DNA of 64,000 bases from Acidobacteriota bacterium (GTDB taxonomy: Bacteria; Acidobacteriota; UBA6911; RPQK01). Positions within the stretch are counted from its first letter, which is position 1. Each line of letters opens with the position of its first letter. This document shows positions 54,243 through 63,231 of this stretch, one piece after another. The notes beneath the pieces are model-generated. The model was not told where the DNA came from, made no database searches, and saw only the letters and a list, made by a program, of their open reading frames with translations. The DNA lies in NCBI GenBank assembly GCA_041946865.1, contig JBHGBF010000015.1, positions 1,371 through 65,370 of the forward strand. The letters run 5' to 3'. A program made the translations under genes and the position numbers.

Positions 54243-55712
54243 ATGTCACCGTCGCAACCACGGTCTTCGCTGGCTCGCCGGGATTTTCTGAAGTACGGCG
54301 GCGTGACTGCCACGGTCGGACTCTCGCGGACCGGTGCCGCTCAACCGGGCAGCAAGCCGAATATCGTGGTCTTCTTGGTCGACCAGATGCGGGCCGATCT
54401 CCTTGGATGTTACGGAAATGGCTTCACCAGGACACCCGTGCTCGACCGCTTCGCCAGCCGTGGCGTCAGGTTCAACAGGGCTTATTGCGGTTTCCCCCAG
54501 TGTTCCCCAGCCCGTGCGTCGTTGATGACCGGGCTGTACCCGAACAAGACGGGCATCGGTATCCAGAGCGATTACCGGATGTTCGGCGACCGGACAGTCG
54601 AGCGCCTGGACAAAGACCTGCCGTCCATTTTCACCCTCTTCAAGGCGACGGGCTACCAGACGGGCTACGTCGGGAAATGGCACTTGAGCCTCGAGGAGCC
54701 GCCGCCTGACTTCCACGATTACGGAATCGACTTCTTCTCACCCCTCCCCGAGTTCCGCTCAAAACAGCGGCCGTTGGTCGAAGAGGGGAGGGCATTGCGC
54801 ATCGCTGGGTTCTGCGACCCTCCTCCGCTATGGAGGGGCGAAATGACGAAACAGGCGACCGGCTTCATTGACGGATGCTCCGCACAGAAAAAGCCGTTCC
54901 TGCTCTTCTACTCCGACTACCGCCCCCATCCGCCGTACTTTCTCCCGGAACAAGACTTCCGGCGATTCGCCCCCGAGAAGATCGATCTTTGGCCCAATCT
55001 GAAGGATGACCTGAAAGGAAAGCCGCTCACCCACCGATTCTTACGGGAGAGGGTACTGGAAGGTTCGACCTTGACCGAATCATCGTGGACGAAGGTGATT
55101 CAGCACTATTCAGCAACGATCTCGGCGGTCGATCACGACATCGGCCTCGTGTACGACGCACTGGAAAAGAACGGGGTTCTCGATAACACGATCGTGGTCT
55201 TCGTCTCCGACCACGGCGACACTTGCGGGGCGCACGGATTCCTGAGCAAAGGCGTGGTAGCGTACGAGGAGTTGATTCGGATTCCGATGATCATCAGCTG
55301 GCCGGGGCACTTCCAGGCAGGTAAATCGTGTGATGAGCTGGTCTGCCTGATGGATGTGCTGCCGACCCTGCTGGAGGCCACCCAAACAGGTGTCGATCCC
55401 GGGCAGTTTGATGGCCGGAGCCTGTCTGCCATTCTGCGTGGCCAGAACCAGGACCGTTGTCGGGATTATCTCCTGATCATGCACCATGGCAACATGTACG
55501 GGCTTTGCTCCATGCGGGCCGTGGTAGGGAAAAGGCTCAAGTACGTCTATTACCCGTACGACACCGGCGAGATTTACGATTTGCAGACCGATCCGTGGGA
55601 AATGCGCAACCTGCTGCAGGAGCGGGAACACCAGCAGACAGCCGCCGAGCTGCACGCGAAACTCAAACTCCTCATGAGGGAGGCTTCGGACACGAGGATT
55701 GCGCCACGGTGA
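54243..55712 (+). CDS. formylglycine-dependent sulfatase (Tat signal)
   Basis: SLARRDFLKYGGVTATVG Tat-like signal. NIVVFLVDQMRAD and the CSPARASLMTG (C-x-P-x-R) signature are present. ATG is preceded by GAGGAGG. Confidence 0.85.
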   Translation: MSPSQPRSSLARRDFLKYGGVTATVGLSRTGAAQPGSKPNIVVFLVDQMRADLLGCYGNGFTRTPVLDRFASRGVRFNRAYCGFPQCSPARASLMTGLYPNKTGIGIQSDYRMFGDRTVERLDKDLPSIFTLFKATGYQTGYVGKWHLSLEEPPPDFHDYGIDFFSPLPEFRSKQRPLVEEGRALRIAGFCDPPPLWRGEMTKQATGFIDGCSAQKKPFLLFYSDYRPHPPYFLPEQDFRRFAPEKIDLWPNLKDDLKGKPLTHRFLRERVLEGSTLTESSWTKVIQHYSATISAVDHDIGLVYDALEKNGVLDNTIVVFVSDHGDTCGAHGFLSKGVVAYEELIRIPMIISWPGHFQAGKSCDELVCLMDVLPTLLEATQTGVDPGQFDGRSLSAILRGQNQDRCRDYLLIMHHGNMYGLCSMRAVVGKRLKYVYYPYDTGEIYDLQTDPWEMRNLLQEREHQQTAAELHAKLKLLMREASDTRIAPR

Positions 55713-55737
55713 TGCAACATACAGCTGAGGAGTGTAT

Positions 55738-56457
55738 ATGAAGACGGGACGGAAGGACTATTCGGCCGCTGGGATCGTTGGGATCCTGGCCTTGTCGTGG
55801 GGGCTGACTCATTCGGCCTCGGCGCAATCGCCGTTCGACCCGGTGACGGACGATCCCCGTTTACCCCGACTGCTTCTCATAGGAGATTCCATATCCATCG
55901 GCTACACGCTCCCGGTGCGCCGTCTGCTCGAAGGCAAAGCCAACGTTCACCGCATCCCGGTTAACGGCGCCTACTCGGCCAACGGTCTCGCGCACATTCG
56001 TGAATGGCTGGGCGACGCCAGATGGGACGTGATCCATTTCAACTGGGGGATATGGGACACGCACCTTCTGACCGAAGACGGAACGTTGCTGACGGACAAG
56101 GACGAAGCCGAGGGGACCAGGAAAGGGACCATCAGGACGACGGTGGATCAGTATCAGAAGAACCTGAACGAGCTGGTCGACATCATGCAGTCAACCGGCG
56201 CCAGGCTGATCTGGGCCTCCTCGACGCCTCTGACTCGCAGGGTAGGTTCCAGGTTAAAGGATATCGACCGCTACAATGCCGCCGCCGCCGAAGTTATGCG
56301 AGCGAGAGGCATCCCGATCAACGACCTCAACGCCTTCGTGGCCCCACACCTTCGCGCGTGGCAAGGCGAGGATGGCTGCCACTTCACGCCCGAAGGATCC
56401 GAGCGCCTGGGCACGCAGGTGGCCAAAGTGATAATGGATTATCTCGGTCCTGACTAG
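55738..56457 (+). CDS. SGNH/GDSL-family hydrolase (esterase)
   Basis: Signal peptide, then the LLLIGDSISIGY block I (GDS). Later GxND-like and DGCHF (DxxH) blocks are present. The start is placed at ATG 55738, after GAGGAG. Confidence 0.75.
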   Translation: MKTGRKDYSAAGIVGILALSWGLTHSASAQSPFDPVTDDPRLPRLLLIGDSISIGYTLPVRRLLEGKANVHRIPVNGAYSANGLAHIREWLGDARWDVIHFNWGIWDTHLLTEDGTLLTDKDEAEGTRKGTIRTTVDQYQKNLNELVDIMQSTGARLIWASSTPLTRRVGSRLKDIDRYNAAAAEVMRARGIPINDLNAFVAPHLRAWQGEDGCHFTPEGSERLGTQVAKVIMDYLGPD

Positions 56458-56525
56458 CTCGAGCAGGGGGCTGAGGTTGACATGTGAGACCGCCCGGGGA
56501 TCCCATCCCGGCGCCTTTCAGAAGC

Positions 56526-56623
56526 CTCTCTGCGTCTCTTCCTCTGCGTCCTTGGCGTTCTCTGCGGTTAGATCGTACTAACCGCAAAGGACGCCAAGGA
56601 CGCGGAGGAAAAGTCGCAGAGAA
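56526..56623. repeat. ~98-nt near-perfect hairpin between convergent genes
   Basis: CTCTGCGTCTCTTCCTCTGCGTCCTTGGCGTTCTCTGCGGTTAG pairs with CTAACCGCAAAGGACGCCAAGGACGCGGAGGAAAAGTCGCAGAG. About 40 of 45 positions pair, counting G-U. The loop is at 56572-56577. Confidence 0.8.
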
Positions 56624-56766
56624 AACGTGCGGGTACTCTTTGGTTGAGGCGATGCCGCGCCGTGTTGTTCATGGCGCCCCTCCTTTCACTGGGAGGAACG
56701 CATAACGGTTTGCAGATATCCCTGCGTCGACGCCCCATGCCGGTCCGGTCGCCGGCGCTATCGTGG

Positions 56767-57786
56767 CTACTCCCACTGGGGCCGGAACACCGCCTTGAAG
56801 ATCTCCGGCTTGCGATCCTGAAGGCAGGTAAGGACCCGGTTGCAGTCGGACAGTGCCGCCTGGAGGTCGACCAGGGCCATGGTGTTGATACGCCCTTCGC
56901 TCATCAGCCTCAGGCAGGGCTCGTACGCATTCCAGCTGCGGCACGATCCCACCACGTTCAGCTCCCGCATGTGGATCAGCCCCACGGTGATCGGCTTGGG
57001 GTCCCAGATGTAACTGAAAATCACGAGCGTTCCCCGGGGCCGCAGGAGCCTGAGCGCCACATCCGGCGCCTCGGGCGAGCCGCTAGCCTCGATCGCGGCA
57101 TCCGGGCCGGGCAAGCCGAAGTGCGAGCGCACGAACTCATCGACGTCCTCCGTCAGCGAGTTGCAGACGGGCACCCCCGTCGTCTGCGTGATTCTACGCA
57201 GCCGCTGGTCCATGTGACCGACCACGACGACTTTCCGGGCGCCGAGGGCGAGGGCCAGCTGGGTGTGAAGGAACGCGAAGGGCCCATCGCCGAGCACCAG
57301 GACATCCTGTCCCGGTTCCAGCCGGGCACGATGCAAGCTGTGGAAGCAAACGGCTGAGGGCTCCGTCAGTGCTGCAGCTTCGAAGGGAATCCCGGGCGGG
57401 ATCAGGTGAGCGTTGACTGCGTCGATGGCTACGTATTCCGCCCAGCCGCCCGCGATTTCCCGGTCGCCCAGGTGTCGATAATTCGCGCAAAGATGCTCGC
57501 ACTGGTTCAGGCAGCACCAGCAGCTTCCGCAACGCTGAACCGGATCCAGGGCCACTCGATCTCCCAGGGCGAAACCGTTGACACCCTCCCCGAGCTCTTC
57601 GACCGTGCCCGCAACTTCGTGACCGGGTATCAGGGGCGCCTTGCAGCGGAAATCGGCCAGGTGCATGTCGGAGCTGCAGACTGCGGCGGCTTCGACTTTG
57701 ACCAGGATCTGCCCGGGACCCGGGACCGGCTTGGGTACCTCCTGGACTTCGAACCGCTTGTCGCCTTGCCAGACAATTGCGCGCAT
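56767..57786 (-). CDS. zinc-dependent medium-chain alcohol/polyol dehydrogenase
   Basis: MRAIVWQGDKRFEVQEVPKPVPGPGQILVKVEAAAVCSSDMH...GHEVAGTV is the catalytic Zn motif. CGSCWCCLNQCEHLC is the structural Zn motif. A GDGPFA nucleotide loop is present. Confidence 0.85.
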   Translation of the reverse strand: MRAIVWQGDKRFEVQEVPKPVPGPGQILVKVEAAAVCSSDMHLADFRCKAPLIPGHEVAGTVEELGEGVNGFALGDRVALDPVQRCGSCWCCLNQCEHLCANYRHLGDREIAGGWAEYVAIDAVNAHLIPPGIPFEAAALTEPSAVCFHSLHRARLEPGQDVLVLGDGPFAFLHTQLALALGARKVVVVGHMDQRLRRITQTTGVPVCNSLTEDVDEFVRSHFGLPGPDAAIEASGSPEAPDVALRLLRPRGTLVIFSYIWDPKPITVGLIHMRELNVVGSCRSWNAYEPCLRLMSEGRINTMALVDLQAALSDCNRVLTCLQDRKPEIFKAVFRPQWE

Positions 57787-57788
57787 CG

Positions 57789-58974
57789 TTATCGGTTCCT
57801 TTCGCCAACCCCGTTCTCGAGGAAGTTGAGCGAGGTCTCGAGCGCCACCCGGCAGCCGATCTCGAGCTCGGACAGCCGGACAAACTCATGATCCGCGTGA
57901 GCGTGTTCGGAGTCAAACCCGCAGACTACCGTCGGCACCCCACCGACCGGCACCAGCCGGTTCGCGTCAACAATCGCGGAAATGCCGGCGATTGGCGCCT
58001 CCGTCCCCGTGATGGACCGCGTAGCCTCCTGGAGGTGGCGACAATTCGCTCGCAGGGATTCATCTCGTACGCCTCGCCCACGAAGATCCAGTCGCAGTCC
58101 ACGCTCACGGTCTCCGGAAGGGGCATGGCCGACAACAGCGTGGCGAAATCCCGGGACACATCGGCGAATCGGGATCCCGGATTCCAGCGGCGGGTGCCTT
58201 GGATCGTGCAGTCCGTCGAGCACCGGTTGTAAAAATCACCGTAGTGGATCTGCCCCACGAAGAGCGTCTCCGGGCCGAGGAGCGGGTGTGTCGGTCCCTG
58301 CTGCAGGCGCTGGGACTCCTCGTACAACGCCTTCACCACCCGGTGGATGCCGGCCAGCAAATCGTCGGCGTCGGCCGGGCCGTTCAATTCGTGGGAGACG
58401 CCGCCCTGGCGGCGGATCCGCAGATTCCAGATGCTCTGTCCTTTACCGGACACGACGGCCTTGCCGCGGGCGGAATGAACTGTCTCGAAGACGATCGCCG
58501 CATCCCCGACGATCCCCTTCCTGATCAGGTCGATGATGGCGGCTGAATTCCCGTTGGGCGCCTCGTGGAGCCCGTACGTAGTCACCAGGATCTCGCCCGG
58601 GAACCGGCAGCCATCCTCGTGCAGCAACTGGACGATCTCGATGATGCCTGCAAGCCCGTTCTTCATGTCGGCTGAGCCTCGTCCGCTGATCGTCGTGGAG
58701 TCACGCTTCGGCGGGCGTGAGGGATGTCGATGTGGTCCAGGTGCCCGGCCAGCTGGAGGACCGGTCCGGGACTGCTCCCGCGCAGGCGGCCGATAACGCT
58801 GGGGCTTTGGGGGAGGCTCTCGTCAATCTCGACGGTCGCTCCCGCCTGGCGCAGCAAACGGGCGAAGGCGAAGGCCGCGTCCCGCTCGTTGCAGGTAGGG
58901 CTGGGAATGTTGACCAGCTCCCAGAGGTTGTCGGCCAACCGGTAGCTGTTCAATTTCTGCTGCAGTGGGTGCAT
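57789..58974 (-). pseudogene. M20-family peptidase/deacylase (ArgE/DapE-like), two frameshifts
   Basis: Three ORF pieces in three frames: 58663..58974 (LQLAGHLDHIDIP), 57926..58666 (preceded in frame by GRGSADMKNGLAG) and 57789..58223 (GVPTVVCGFDSEHAHADHEFVRLSEL). The joins lie near 58700-58725 and near the GGG run at 58055-58057. Confidence 0.7.
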
Positions 58975-59100
58975 GTTGTACCTCTCTCAGAAGAGCTGTT
59001 AGCCTTCAGCGTTCAGCTGTCAGCCAAACCTACAGGCTCCGAAAGCACGGACGAGCTGAGTGCCGACCGCTGGAAGCTGGCCACCCAAAGCCTGCTCAGC

Positions 59101-60469
59101 CTACTTCACCGTCCCGCCCGCCACCAGTTCCAGCGCCTCTTTCAGGCTCTTCTCGATGAGCAGGCACATCTCGTCAATGTCGCTCCTGTCGGCGATGAGC
59201 GCCGGGCCCACCGCAAACCAGTCCGGGTCAACCCGCAAAATCAGCCCATTCTTGATGGCCGTGCGTTTGAGCGCCGTTCCCAGTTTGCGGGAAGCCGGGA
59301 AGGGGCGGTTGGTAACAGGGTCCTCTGCCAGTTCCACTCCCTGGATCAGGCCGCGGCCCCTTACCTCGCGGACGATCCCGTAGCGTCGCAGTTCGCACAG
59401 CCTGCCGGACAGGTACTCTCCCAGTTCGCGGGCTTTGTCCGGGAGGCATTTCTCGACGAGCTCGTCGATGACCGCGATTCCCACGGCCGCGGCCAGCGGG
59501 TTTCCGGCGAAGGTGTGGCCGTGCGCAAACTGGATCTCGGCCTCTGCCGGACCCAGGAACGCATTCGCCAGGTCCTCCCGGGCAATCATCGACCCGAGCG
59601 GTATCATCCCGCTTGACAGGCCCTTGCCTGCGCAAAATGATGTCCGGAGTCACCCCAAACGTCTGGGCCGCGAACATGCGGCCGGTGCGGGCAAAGCCGG
59701 TTATGACCTCGTCGAAGATCAGCAGTACGTTGTAGCGGTCGCAAGTCTCCCGAAGGATCTGGAAGTACTCTTCGGTCGGGGTGATGATCCCGCCCGTGTT
59801 GCCGATCGGCTCGACGATCACACCGGCCACGGTCTCGGGGTCTTCCGCCGCGATGACGTCCGCCACCGACCGGGCCGCGAACCGGTTGCATTTCTCCCAG
59901 GAGGCAAAGACATCCCGGTAGTGATTCGGGGTGAAGACCTTGACGAAGCCGCCCATCTGCGGCTCGAACTTGCTCTTGCGAGGACCGGTGCCACTGGCCG
60001 ACATGGCCCCAAAGGTCCCGCCATGGTAACCGTGGTACCGGCTGACGAATTTGTACTTTCCCGGATGTCCGGTCTGTTTGAAGTACTGCCGGGCGAACTG
60101 CATGGCCGCTTCGGTCGATTCAGACCCGCCACTGAAAGGCTTGACGTACTTCAGGTTTCCCGGGGCCACCGAGCCGAGCTTTTCGATGAAATCGAGCGTG
60201 ACATCACAGATCCCGTGCAGCGGCGGGAAGAAGGTGATGCGATCGAGCTGCCGCCGCATCGCTTCAACCAGCCGCGGGTGCCGGTGTCCGAGGATCGCCA
60301 CGAAGATGCCTCCGATGGCGTCAAAGTAGCGGCGACCATCGATGTCCCAGTAATGCAGGCCTTCCGCTCGGGACACAATGAGCGGGTCCTGGAGGACGGC
60401 GGTCGTCTGCTGGTAGTCAAGGAAAGTGCGTTTCAGCAGTTCTTTTTGCCGGTCTGTTGCCTGGCTCAT
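59101..60469 (-). pseudogene. class III (omega-type) PLP aminotransferase, one frameshift
   Basis: ORF 59228..60481 carries SGGSESTEAAMQFAR and LLIFDEVITGFARTGRMFA. After PDII the frame breaks at the A4 run 59634-59637. ORF 59101..59607 continues with (CAGKGL)SSGMIPLGSMIA...HGHTFAGNPLAAA. The Schiff-base GKGL motif is only readable across the shift. Confidence 0.75.
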
Positions 60470-60477
60470 TTTGAACC

Positions 60478-61827
60478 TCAAGAACTGGGTCCTGCGAATG
60501 CTCCGGCGTGCAGGCCGAGCTTCCAGTCTCCCGTTGTCAGTTCCCGCATGGTGAATTCGTACACGACGAGCTTCTTGTTCTTCAGCCGGTCACCGGCGCC
60601 GCCCTCGGCGAGGCTGAGCTGTTCCCGAGTGGCGAAAGCGCCGTTGTCGTTCACCACTATCGCGTCAATGGGCTGCCCCAGCTCAGCGCTCAGGTGTTCA
60701 ACCAGCCCGGCCGATTCGCCCCAACCCATTCCCCGAAGAGAGTCGATGTTCGAGAAGCTGTCGCCAAGGCAGAGAATCTGGGCTTGCGGGCTGGCAGCCC
60801 AGGGCTGGCCGTCGGCGCTCAGGACCTGCTCGATTTCCACGGTTTCGGAAACAGGAAGGCCGATCATCCGGGCGGTGTCCCCGACATTGCTCACCCGGGC
60901 TACCCGTTTGCGGTAGTCCACGGTTCTCCCGGCGGGCAGGGGCACAGAACTCCTGATCAACGCCGCCAGCCAGAGGGCAGCCACCCGGGCGCCGGCCGGC
61001 GTCCAGTGGGTGGCAGTGGCCAGGTAGACGTTGGCCCCTCGTTTCTTCTCCTCCACGAGGGACGGGGCAAGATCGAGCACGGCGATTCCGGCTGCCTCCA
61101 GTCGGGCCTTGAAGTCTCCGAACGAGGCGTTCTGCAGCGGAGGCGCCTTGTGAAGAGCCCTGTTTGCGAACCGCTCGGGGTAGATGACCGGCTTGATCGG
61201 CACGGGCATCACGACCAGCCTGATCCCCTGGCGCGCGAGGAAACGGTTGAATTCCAGTATCGCTTTGGTCGGATCCGGCTGCACGGCCGTCCGTCCGTCT
61301 TTTGCCGCTCTCAATCGGTCGAGAAGAGCGCGCGGCTCGAGAAAACCGGGGCCGGTCAAGTACTCGATCTCCGGGCGGTAAAAGAACCAGCCGTCCGCTC
61401 CGCAGTAGGCTTTCTCGTTTCCTCCTCCCAGGTAGCCGGAGATCAGGTTCTGGGCGGCCGGAAGCAGCGCCTGGCTGGTCGCCGACGTCTTGCGAAGGGC
61501 GCTTTCCCAGGAGGTGATGGCGGCGAGGACTCGGCGGTTCACCTCAAAAACCGCGTCGACCGGACCCTCCTTGCTCATCTGCAGGACCTCGTCCAGCGCC
61601 GGGAACCCGTCAAACAACGTCAGTGTCGTCGGCCGGACCTCCCCGCCAGCAACCGCCTGTCGCCAGCCTTCGGCCACATGATTGGCCACCGGAACGGCCA
61701 CAATAACGAGCAGAAACGAAAAGACCAGGAAGCGCGAGACGGCCGGAGTCACGGAGGTGTGCCCGACCTCTCGTTGGGCGATCTCCTCGCGAGTCAGATG
61801 GTGGTTGGTTCTCTCCGGTTGGGACAT
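60478..61827 (-). CDS. AlgJ/AlgX-like (SGNH-like) O-acetylation accessory protein with N-terminal TM anchor
   Basis: A single TM segment (FLVFSFLLVIVAVPVA) is followed by a periplasmic domain with LATATHWTPAGA (D/T-HW motif) and LCLGDSFS. It is immediately adjacent to the MBOAT gene, with a 0-nt gap. Confidence 0.55.
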   Translation of the reverse strand: MSQPERTNHHLTREEIAQREVGHTSVTPAVSRFLVFSFLLVIVAVPVANHVAEGWRQAVAGGEVRPTTLTLFDGFPALDEVLQMSKEGPVDAVFEVNRRVLAAITSWESALRKTSATSQALLPAAQNLISGYLGGGNEKAYCGADGWFFYRPEIEYLTGPGFLEPRALLDRLRAAKDGRTAVQPDPTKAILEFNRFLARQGIRLVVMPVPIKPVIYPERFANRALHKAPPLQNASFGDFKARLEAAGIAVLDLAPSLVEEKKRGANVYLATATHWTPAGARVAALWLAALIRSSVPLPAGRTVDYRKRVARVSNVGDTARMIGLPVSETVEIEQVLSADGQPWAASPQAQILCLGDSFSNIDSLRGMGWGESAGLVEHLSAELGQPIDAIVVNDNGAFATREQLSLAEGGAGDRLKNKKLVVYEFTMRELTTGDWKLGLHAGAFAGPSS

Positions 61828-63114
61828 CTAGAAAATAAAGTAAATACAAGGGTTAAAAGCTTGCGTGGCCATCGTCGCGACCGACAGGAGCAGCACGACC
61901 ACCGACAGCGCCGCTTTGCTCCACGTCAGCTCCCGGGTAAAGTCCCAGGTCTGGGGCGCCGCCCAGACGAGCACCGCGGCTATCGCCATCATCGCCAGGA
62001 AGTAGGGCTGGTAGATCAGCCCTGAGATCAAACCGGTGCCATCCTGAACCGCTCCCACCCCCAGCATGCTGGCCAGGTACTCAACCGAGACGGGAAGGTC
62101 GGGCGAGCGAAAGAAGACCCAGCTTAGAGAGGCGATCAAGAAGGTGAAAGCGACGCGCAGACCGGCCGGCATCCGGCTGTAGAAACCCTGCTTGCCGCGC
62201 AGGCGTTCGATCACGAGGAAACCGCCGTGAATGGCGCCCCAGACTACGAAGTTCCAGGCCGCCCCGTGCCACAGCCCTCCGAGGAGCATCACCATCGCCA
62301 AATTGGCGTAGGTGCGGACCGGACCCTTCCGGTTTCCTCCGAGCGCGATGTAGAGGTTGTCGCGCAACCACGTGGACAGCGAGAGGTGCCACCGCAGCCA
62401 GAACTCTGTGATCGACTGCGACTTATAGGGAGAATCGAAGTTCTTGGCGAAGACGAAGCCCAGCCCGAAGCTGAAGAAAGCCACCCCGCGCGCGAACTTT
62501 TCCATCGTGAGCGTGCGCTCGCGCAACTGCTGCGCCACCTCGTGGAAGCGGATGATCGGCCCGGCCACGAGCTGTGGGAACATCGAGACGTAGCAGGCGA
62601 AGTCAATCGGGTTGCGGATCGCGAGCGCTTCTCCACGGTAAACGTCGATCGAGTAGCTCAACGACTGAAACGTGTAGAAGCTGATGCCGAGGGGAAGAGT
62701 GACCCGGAAGAAGGTCTCCCACTGGAGGTGCCCCAATCCCACCGCTTGCATCAGGGCGTTGTAGCTGTCGATGCCGAAATTGAAGTACTTGAAGAAAGCG
62801 AGCAGGCCGATGTTCGAACAGATCGAGAGGATTAGCGCCGTCTTCTGCGCCCTGCTGCGCGGCCCGCCGAACGGCAGAAGCTCGATCGGCTCGAAAAACT
62901 TCCGGTTCAGCCGACCAACCTGGGCGAGGCCGGCTACGTAGTCGATCAGGGTCGAAACCGCCATCAGCACCATGAAGATCGGGTTCGCCCAGCCGTAGAA
63001 CACGTAACTGACCAGCGTCAGTTGAAGGTGGCGCAGCCGGCGGGGCAGCACGTAGTAGAGCGCCAGCGCGACCGGGAGAAAGTAGAAAATGAAAAGGTGA
63101 GAACTGAAGACCAT
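61828..63114 (-). CDS. MBOAT-family O-acyltransferase (AlgI/DltB-like), apparently lacking an internal segment
   Basis: MVFSSHLFIFYFLPVALALYY, LPLGISFYTFQSLSYSIDVYRG, FPQLVAGPIIRF, NFDSPYKSQSITEFWLRWHLSLSTWLRDNLYIALGGNR and LLGGLWHGAAWNF are all classic AlgI blocks. The DFSGYSD-containing block expected between FARG... and GFVF.KNF is absent. Confidence 0.8.
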   Translation of the reverse strand: MVFSSHLFIFYFLPVALALYYVLPRRLRHLQLTLVSYVFYGWANPIFMVLMAVSTLIDYVAGLAQVGRLNRKFFEPIELLPFGGPRSRAQKTALILSICSNIGLLAFFKYFNFGIDSYNALMQAVGLGHLQWETFFRVTLPLGISFYTFQSLSYSIDVYRGEALAIRNPIDFACYVSMFPQLVAGPIIRFHEVAQQLRERTLTMEKFARGVAFFSFGLGFVFAKNFDSPYKSQSITEFWLRWHLSLSTWLRDNLYIALGGNRKGPVRTYANLAMVMLLGGLWHGAAWNFVVWGAIHGGFLVIERLRGKQGFYSRMPAGLRVAFTFLIASLSWVFFRSPDLPVSVEYLASMLGVGAVQDGTGLISGLIYQPYFLAMMAIAAVLVWAAPQTWDFTRELTWSKAALSVVVLLLSVATMATQAFNPCIYFIF

Positions 63115-63120
63115 GGGTTT

Positions 63121-63231
63121 TAATAGCTGTCAGCGGTCAGCTGTCACCGATCAGCTTTCGGCGGTCAGCTGTCACCGATCAGCGGAACGGCGTCGCTGAT
63201 CCGTTCAGAGCTGCCCGCTGCCCGCCGCCCG
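63121..63231. repeat. REP-like intergenic repeat with a 23-nt tandem duplication
   Basis: GCGGTCAGCTGTCACCGATCAGC occurs at 63133-63155 and again at 63161-63183. A hairpin GATCAGCG/CGCTGATC lies at 63177-63201. The tail CTGCCCGCCGCCCGCT is shared with 46121-46136. Confidence 0.8.

Noticed and set aside
53645-54709. 354-aa + strand ORF spanning the DMT pair and the sulfatase start
   Set aside because: It is out of frame with three better-supported genes (TM proteins with coupled starts, and a sulfatase with a Tat signal and RBS). Its composition is Arg/Gly-rich.
57194-57916. 240-aa minus-strand ORF overlapping the Zn-dehydrogenase gene in another frame
   Set aside because: Extremely Arg/Pro/Ser/Gly-rich. 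The overlapping frame encodes a complete MDR dehydrogenase with both zinc motifs.
63133-63183. Possible CRISPR-like array (a 23-nt unit repeated at 28-nt spacing)
   Set aside because: There are only two copies, the spacer is 5 nt, the region is part of a REP-like palindromic family seen elsewhere in the window, and no cas genes are present.
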